NCBI GenBank assembly: GCA_965219415.1
Contig: CBDCNP010000002.1
Span: 512,001-576,000 of the forward strand
Direction: 5' to 3'
Length of the DNA stretch: 64,000 nucleotides
Source of the DNA: Candidatus Marinacidobacterales bacterium
Lineage (GTDB): Bacteria; Acidobacteriota; Vicinamibacteria; Marinacidobacterales; DATDRI01
This document shows, in pieces, positions 58,347-64,000 of this stretch. The notes below the pieces were generated by a model that was given only the letters and a program-made list of their open reading frames with translations, did not search any database and was not told where the DNA came from. Position numbers and translations under genes: made by a program. The first letter of the stretch is position 1. The number at the start of each line of letters is the position of its first letter.

Positions 58347-60419
58347 TTACCTGGGCTCCCCGAAGTCCCGGGGCTTGGAATCTTTGGTCTCTTCTTTCGG
58401 AACGAGTCTCACCGCCCAAAGCCCGGAATTGAAATCTGCGACGAAGATGTTGCCTTTGTAGGGCTGCGGTCCCCATGCGAACGGAGCGTTCGGGATGTAG
58501 CCTTCGGGATCGGTTGGAACCCAAAACGCGATCTCCCGCCCCTGCTTGTAGAGGTCACCACTCAACTCACCGGAAACGTCAACGACTCGCAATCCCCCGT
58601 TGTAGTACCCGATGTACATGATGTCGTCTTCGATCCACAGGTTGTGAGTGCCAGCTTCCGGCACCTGATAGCGCGCCACCTCACGTGGATTCTCCCAATC
58701 GTCCCACTCGATGACGTGGATCCAACCGGCGGCGCGATCGGGAATCGAGCCCGGCTGCGGGTTGAAGTCGGCGTACGGAAACGCTTCGTCGCCCATGAAG
58801 GCATAGAATTTCCCGGTCGACTTGCTTCGGTAGGGGTAGGCAGCGTGATTCCACCCGTTCGGATGCGCGTGACTGCCGAGCTTCACCGGATTGTTCGGCG
58901 AACCCCCTTTCCCACCTCCGCCGACGTCCACCGCCACCACGCCGTCCGTCCAGTTGGAGGAATAGGCGATGCCGTCCTCGACCCAGACGTCGTGGATGCC
59001 GTGGCCGGGCGTGTCGAGCTCGAAGCGGCCCACGCGAGTGGGCTTGGTGGGGTCTTCTATATTAATGATGTCGTAGCGACGACCGTTGTTGATCGCGTAA
59101 ATGTGGTTGTTGTGGATGAAGACGTTGTGTACGCCGCCGTTCAGCTGGTCGTCATACCGAGCGATGACCCGCACGCCATCCCGGGGATTCGAAATGTCGA
59201 GGATGACGAGGCCGTTCTTGCGGTTCGAAGCCCCTTCCCTGCTGATCACGGCGACCTTCGCATCCTCCGATACCTTGACGTCGTTCACGGTACGGGCATC
59301 GACTCGCACCACATCGATCAGCTGCATGTTCTTGGGATCGGTGACGTCCCAGATATAGGCGTGACCGTCGGCGCCCCAAGTCCCGGTTAGGGCGTAGTCC
59401 CGCCCATCGACGCCTTCCCAGATCCAGAGATCCGAGGTATGTCGATCGCGGACCGCACCCTGTCCCATGACTTCGATCTCTTGACTGATGTCGCGGGGCA
59501 CGATCTTGATCGTCCGCCGCGCCGAGTGCGATCCGGCTACTGCGACAACGGTGTGGAGTCCGGAGCGTTCCGCCACGAAGGCACCAGTGGGATCGACGTG
59601 CGAGATCGCTCCTGGCGCGATAATGGTATCGAACGGTTTTCCGTAGCTGGCGAATTGGACTGGAAACTCTGGGACTTCCTTGCCCTTGGCATCGCGCGCC
59701 ACTGCGTTGAAATGAACGACGTCGCCGGTCCTCGCTTGCTTGGTGCTTACCTCGAGCTCGAACGAAGCAACGGGGTTCTCGAGGACCTCGATGTTCGCGG
59801 TCCCGTCGACGTCCTCAGCCGTTGCAACGATCTTGGCCTTTCCCGGCTTGTGGAGAATCAGGTTGCCCAACTCGTCGATAGTCGCTACATCCTTGTTCTT
59901 ACTCTCGAAGGCCACTTGCAACTCGGTGCGCCAAGCTCCCGAGGTGTCCCGAACTTCCGTCTGAACCGGCACCACCGTGCCCGCATAACAGCGTGATGGA
60001 AGACTGATGAACGAAACCGATGCGATGGGCGGATTCGGTATCGTGACCGGCACTTCGACGCGGAGCAGCATGTCTGCCCTTCGACCCCTTTGCTCTGGGT
60101 CCTTGGGCACCACCGCAATGAGGGTGTGGTCTCCGGGGCGATAGGCTTCCACGTCGCCTTCCGGGGTCACGCCGACGCTGCGCCGCGAGCGCGAGAAAAA
60201 CATAACCAGCATATCGACCGTCTCACCGGAGGCGTCCTTCACGGTCGCGGTGAGCTTGGCCTTCTCGCCGACCTTTAAATGGAGCTCGGTGGGCTCGACG
60301 ATGAGCTCCGCCGGTTCTGGCCCCGCTCCGTCCTGCTTTTCCTGGGCATCTTGTGCAGTCGCCAGCGCCGCCAAGAGAAGTGCCCCCATCGCAACGATGG
60401 CGATCTTCGAAAAATTCAC
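58347..60419 (-). CDS. Secreted Ig-like (Big_2) plus LVIVD-repeat protein
   Basis: Signal peptide from GTG 60419; Ig-like N-terminus; 'GLVILDISNP', 'GVHNV', 'IHDVWV' and 'GGLRVVDVS' repeats. Confidence 0.82.
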   Translation of the reverse strand: MNFSKIAIVAMGALLLAALATAQDAQEKQDGAGPEPAELIVEPTELHLKVGEKAKLTATVKDASGETVDMLVMFFSRSRRSVGVTPEGDVEAYRPGDHTLIAVVPKDPEQRGRRADMLLRVEVPVTIPNPPIASVSFISLPSRCYAGTVVPVQTEVRDTSGAWRTELQVAFESKNKDVATIDELGNLILHKPGKAKIVATAEDVDGTANIEVLENPVASFELEVSTKQARTGDVVHFNAVARDAKGKEVPEFPVQFASYGKPFDTIIAPGAISHVDPTGAFVAERSGLHTVVAVAGSHSARRTIKIVPRDISQEIEVMGQGAVRDRHTSDLWIWEGVDGRDYALTGTWGADGHAYIWDVTDPKNMQLIDVVRVDARTVNDVKVSEDAKVAVISREGASNRKNGLVILDISNPRDGVRVIARYDDQLNGGVHNVFIHNNHIYAINNGRRYDIINIEDPTKPTRVGRFELDTPGHGIHDVWVEDGIAYSSNWTDGVVAVDVGGGGKGGSPNNPVKLGSHAHPNGWNHAAYPYRSKSTGKFYAFMGDEAFPYADFNPQPGSIPDRAAGWIHVIEWDDWENPREVARYQVPEAGTHNLWIEDDIMYIGYYNGGLRVVDVSGELSGDLYKQGREIAFWVPTDPEGYIPNAPFAWGPQPYKGNIFVADFNSGLWAVRLVPKEETKDSKPRDFGEPR

Positions 60420-60671
60420 GTTTCCACGTCCTTTCCTTCCTCCCCGCGCGAAACGCGAAGAGCAACACTGAACTTGCAAAACCATTTGAGCCTATTGAGC
60501 TTGACGCGCCGCGTCGGGCGCTAGAAATACTGGCGGATCGGCTTGGAGCCGCCGCTCGACCCGCCAGCCTACCTCGTCGACGGCTCCGCGGCAAGGGCCC
60601 GCCCGTCCGTGCCTGCCCGTGCCCGCCCATGTTAGAGTGGCGCCTGAAGGAAGCGAAGAAGTGAACGAAGA

Positions 60672-62288
60672 ATGAGAGAAAACCGCGACGTCATCCTCGA
60701 GACGCTTCGACGTGTCCGAAACCGCGGCCGCTTCAATCGCGGACTCCGAGAATTTGCTTTCGTGTTCTGCCTCTTTTTGGCTTCGGTGCTGGCCTTCCAG
60801 CTCATCCGGCTACGAGTTGGCATCCCGGCAGGGCCGGCGGGCCTCGACACGTATCTTTCGCACATCTGGCTCATAGCGTTGAGTGTTTTCTTCGTCTGGA
60901 GGGTGAGCCGCACGCGTACCCTCGCCGAGGCAGCCGCCATCGTCGACAACCAGGGAGATCTCAAGGACGAACTCAAGACGGCCTACTGGTTTATCAACAA
61001 TGACAGAGATGACGATGCCTCTCCCTGGATCGAGCTCCAGGCGCGACGTGCTGCAACGACCGTCGCCGAGCTCGATCTCGGCAAGCTCGTACCGACGGTC
61101 ATTCCAAAGGGTCTGTTTCTTGCTGATGGGGTGCTGCTCGCAATTGGGATCTTTCTTTGGACACTTCCCGGCCAACCATCCATGGTCCCGTCGCATGGCC
61201 CGTTGGAGCTGACTCGCGATGAGGAAAAACAGGTTCAGGATATCCGGGAGTTGCTCGCAGATGCGGCACAAAGCGAAACGGTTCAAGAGCTGGATGAAAC
61301 GCTCGAGCGGCTCGAGCAAGGCGAGCTGTCCCTGGACGACGGGCTGCAAGACCTAGCTATCGTCGAGAACCTCCTGTCCGAAGGGAACCTGGAAGTGAGC
61401 ACTATTAAGGAGGGCTTGGGCGAGCTCGCCAAGGACCTTCGTTCGTCTTCCGAGCTGACGTCGGTAGCCGATGCCATAGATTCCGGCGATCTGAACGAGG
61501 CCTCTGACCTCCTCCGTGCTTTGGCCGAAAACCTGCCCGATGCCCCCGCCGACATGGCCGCTTTGCGCGAGGCGCTCGATAGAGCGTCCCAGGCGGAAGA
61601 CGCCTCATTAGAGGAGCTCCTGGAGAACTTGCGGCAGGCCGCGGAAGCCTTGGCAAGTCAGGATAGCGACGAGGCCCAACGAGCCTTGGAAGAAGCGGCC
61701 GAGGAGCTCGAGTCGATGGGTCGCAAAATGGAAGCACAGGGCCAAATGAACGAAGCCCGTCGCCAGCTCGGCGAGCTGCGGCAATCTCTAGGTGAACAAT
61801 CGCCTTTCGGAGCATCGGATGAGCAACCTCCCCCGTCGGATACATCAGATACAGGGGAAGGCGAGACCGCTCCCGCCAAGGCGGGTGGCATGGCAATGCC
61901 GGACGGTGACGTCCAGCTACAAATGGGCGGCGGTGCCGCACCCGATCCGACCGACGTACTCGACGCCGGGCCGGGAGGGCATTCCACCGGTCCCTCTCAG
62001 GGAGAAGACAATATTCCAGGCGACCCAACGCGGCTCGAAGTCCAGCTCGAAATGGAATTGCTGGCCTCTGAAGAAGACCCGGAACGCGATCTGCCCGAGG
62101 ATATCTTCGACAAAGAGAGTAGACAGGAACATTCATTAGTCGATTACCGAGAGGCTAGCCCGCGATCGGATTATGTCAGCGAGGCCATCATGAACGAGGA
62201 ACGGATTCCGTGGCGTTATCGTAATCTCGTCAAGAAATACTTCTTGGCACTGCGTCCTCAGCAGGCCCAGCCAGAAGACAACAACTGA
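60672..62288 (+). CDS. Membrane-anchored coiled-coil protein (DUF4175-like) associated with the MoxR operon
   Basis: Three TM segments, a long acidic helical region and C-terminal 'IPWRYRNLVKKYF'. Confidence 0.7.
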   Translation: MRENRDVILETLRRVRNRGRFNRGLREFAFVFCLFLASVLAFQLIRLRVGIPAGPAGLDTYLSHIWLIALSVFFVWRVSRTRTLAEAAAIVDNQGDLKDELKTAYWFINNDRDDDASPWIELQARRAATTVAELDLGKLVPTVIPKGLFLADGVLLAIGIFLWTLPGQPSMVPSHGPLELTRDEEKQVQDIRELLADAAQSETVQELDETLERLEQGELSLDDGLQDLAIVENLLSEGNLEVSTIKEGLGELAKDLRSSSELTSVADAIDSGDLNEASDLLRALAENLPDAPADMAALREALDRASQAEDASLEELLENLRQAAEALASQDSDEAQRALEEAAEELESMGRKMEAQGQMNEARRQLGELRQSLGEQSPFGASDEQPPPSDTSDTGEGETAPAKAGGMAMPDGDVQLQMGGGAAPDPTDVLDAGPGGHSTGPSQGEDNIPGDPTRLEVQLEMELLASEEDPERDLPEDIFDKESRQEHSLVDYREASPRSDYVSEAIMNEERIPWRYRNLVKKYFLALRPQQAQPEDNN

Positions 62289-62298
62289 GAGCATATAT

Positions 62299-63294
62299 AT
62301 GGTCGCCAATCTAGACAGGCAAATAGAGGTATTTAGGGAGCAGTTTCGTGTCGTCCGGAACGAGATCTCGCGCATCATCGTGGGACACGAGGAGATCGTC
62401 GAGGCCGTCATCACTAGCCTGCTCTCCAACGGACACGTTCTCTTAGAGGGCATTCCGGGGCTCGGAAAGACCAAGCTCGTTCAAACACTCGCCGACGTGC
62501 TCCATCTCGAGTTCTCGCGAATCCAGTTCACGCCGGATCTGATGCCCGGCGACATCATCGGCACCAACGTCGTGCACGAAAACGAAGAGGGGCACAAGTT
62601 CTTGGACTTCCAGCCCGGCCCGGTGTTCGCGAACATCATCCTCGCAGACGAGATCAACCGTGCCACCCCCAAAACGCAGTCGGCTTTGCTGGAAGCCATG
62701 CAGGAGAAAACCGTCACCGTTGGCAAGGTGACTCATCACCTAGAGAAACCCTTCTTCGTCTTAGCCACCCAAAACCCGCTGGAGATGGAAGGCACTTACC
62801 CGCTTCCCGAAGCGCAACTCGATCGGTTCCTCTTCAAGCTCAAGATCGGCTTTCCGGATCTTGAGAGCCTTCACGAAATCCTCGACCGCACGACTCGAGT
62901 CGACGAGCCGACCGTGGATCGGGTCCTCGATCAGGGACAGATCTTGGAGATGCGGAAGACGGCTCGCTCGGTTCCCATCGCCAAGCCGGTTCAGGAGTAC
63001 GCGATCAAGCTCACGCTGGCGACGCATCCGGAATCATCAGAGGCCCACGAGATCACCAAGCGATACGTTCGCTTTGGGGCCAGCCCTCGCGGAACACAAG
63101 CGCTGGTTATCGGGGGCAAGGTTCATGCGCTCCTCAACGATCGGGTACATGTCTCCTGTGAAGACGTTCGCGCCGTCGCGCTGGCATCGTTGCGTCACCG
63201 GGTGCTCTTGAACTTCGAGGGAGAAGCAGAACGGATCGACCCCGACACCATCCTCGAGGCGATCCTGGAAACGGTCCCCGAGCCGTCGGAGTAA
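62299..63294 (+). CDS. MoxR family AAA+ ATPase
   Basis: 'LLEGIPGLGKT', 'RIQFTPDLMP', 'DEINRA', 'ATQNPLE..GTYPLPEAQLDRF' and 'GASPR' motifs. Confidence 0.95.
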   Translation: MVANLDRQIEVFREQFRVVRNEISRIIVGHEEIVEAVITSLLSNGHVLLEGIPGLGKTKLVQTLADVLHLEFSRIQFTPDLMPGDIIGTNVVHENEEGHKFLDFQPGPVFANIILADEINRATPKTQSALLEAMQEKTVTVGKVTHHLEKPFFVLATQNPLEMEGTYPLPEAQLDRFLFKLKIGFPDLESLHEILDRTTRVDEPTVDRVLDQGQILEMRKTARSVPIAKPVQEYAIKLTLATHPESSEAHEITKRYVRFGASPRGTQALVIGGKVHALLNDRVHVSCEDVRAVALASLRHRVLLNFEGEAERIDPDTILEAILETVPEPSE

Positions 63295-63305
63295 ATCCCC
63301 ACTTA

Positions 63306-64000
63306 ATGTCAGTCCAAGAAAAGCCGAGCACCCTTTTCGACGAAGACTTCCTTCGCAAGCTCGAGTATCTGAACATCGTTTCCAACCGGCTCATTCCCGG
63401 TCACCTCAAGGGCCAGCATCGAGCACGGAAGAAGGGCTCCGGCCTGGAGTTCGCCGATTATCGCCCGTACGTTGCGGGTGATGACACACGCAACGTCGAC
63501 TGGAGGACCTACCTCCGCTTAGACAAGCTGTTGTTACGAATGTTCGACGAGGAAGCGGACCTCCCCATCTACATATTCTTCGACGCCAGCCGATCGATGA
63601 ACTATGGAACGCCGCCGAAGTTCGACTACGCCCGCAAGGTTGCGGCAGCGCTCTGTTACATCGGTCTGCTGAACCTCGATCGCGTCAGCCTCATCGCCTT
63701 CGCCGACGGCAAAGCGGCAGAAATGTCTTCGCGGCGTGGCAAGAACCAGATCCACCACGCCTTTCGGTTCCTCGAAGGCGTGGACTTGCAAGACGCGACT
63801 CACATGCAGCCGGCGTTCAAGAGTTTCTTCAGCGCCAAGAGGCGGCGAGGGCTGGTGGTGGTCATTTCTGATTTCCTGGATCCGGACGGCGTCGAACAGG
63901 CTTTCAATTGGCTGCGATACCTCCGACAGGATGTCTTCACCTTGCACATTGTCAGTGCCGAGGAAAAACGACCCGAGCTCCCGGCGGAGGTTCTCCTGGT
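63306..64000 (+). CDS. DUF58 (VWA-like) protein, runs off the window end
   Basis: ATG at 63306; 'GSGLEFADYRPY..GDD.R.VDW', 'FDAS.SM' and 'VVISDFLD' motifs; follows MoxR. Confidence 0.9.
   Translation, partial: MSVQEKPSTLFDEDFLRKLEYLNIVSNRLIPGHLKGQHRARKKGSGLEFADYRPYVAGDDTRNVDWRTYLRLDKLLLRMFDEEADLPIYIFFDASRSMNYGTPPKFDYARKVAAALCYIGLLNLDRVSLIAFADGKAAEMSSRRGKNQIHHAFRFLEGVDLQDATHMQPAFKSFFSAKRRRGLVVVISDFLDPDGVEQAFNWLRYLRQDVFTLHIVSAEEKRPELPAEVLL

Overview
GC-rich bacterial chromosomal segment. The gene content resembles Acidobacteriota (Vicinamibacteria-like) metagenomic genomes, which is an inference. The backbone carries ilvBNC, ilvD, leuB, an aldehyde dehydrogenase, tandem Tat-signal HisC-like aminotransferases, several peptidases/hydrolases, secreted beta-propeller proteins and a MoxR/DUF58 operon. 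Five signals stand out. (1) A peptide-export locus has a short HlyD-like gene and two ABC transporters (the first with an intact C39 peptidase), followed by an unannotated 17-codon ORF MKVKTSIKAG-PSIRRGR with its own intrinsic terminator; this is a candidate minimal leader-peptide (RiPP/pheromone) system. (2) A peroxiredoxin has an in-frame UGA at the catalytic position followed by a SECIS-like hairpin, so it is probably a selenoprotein that the ORF track missed. (3) A ~10 kb conflict island (HigBA-like TA, Rhs with a REase-like tip plus putative immunity gene, Xre/RES TA) is bracketed by three copies of the 3' end of a host beta-propeller gene, with no integrase present. (4) An intact IS256 with a 9-bp TSD splits an NTF2-like gene. 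(5) A 25-bp perfect palindrome with a 10-bp duplication breaks a PQQ-propeller gene. Many 1-bp frameshifts and abrupt gene-to-gene junctions suggest long-read or assembly error, or real decay, so pseudogene calls are provisional. No rRNA, tRNA or CRISPR array was recognised.
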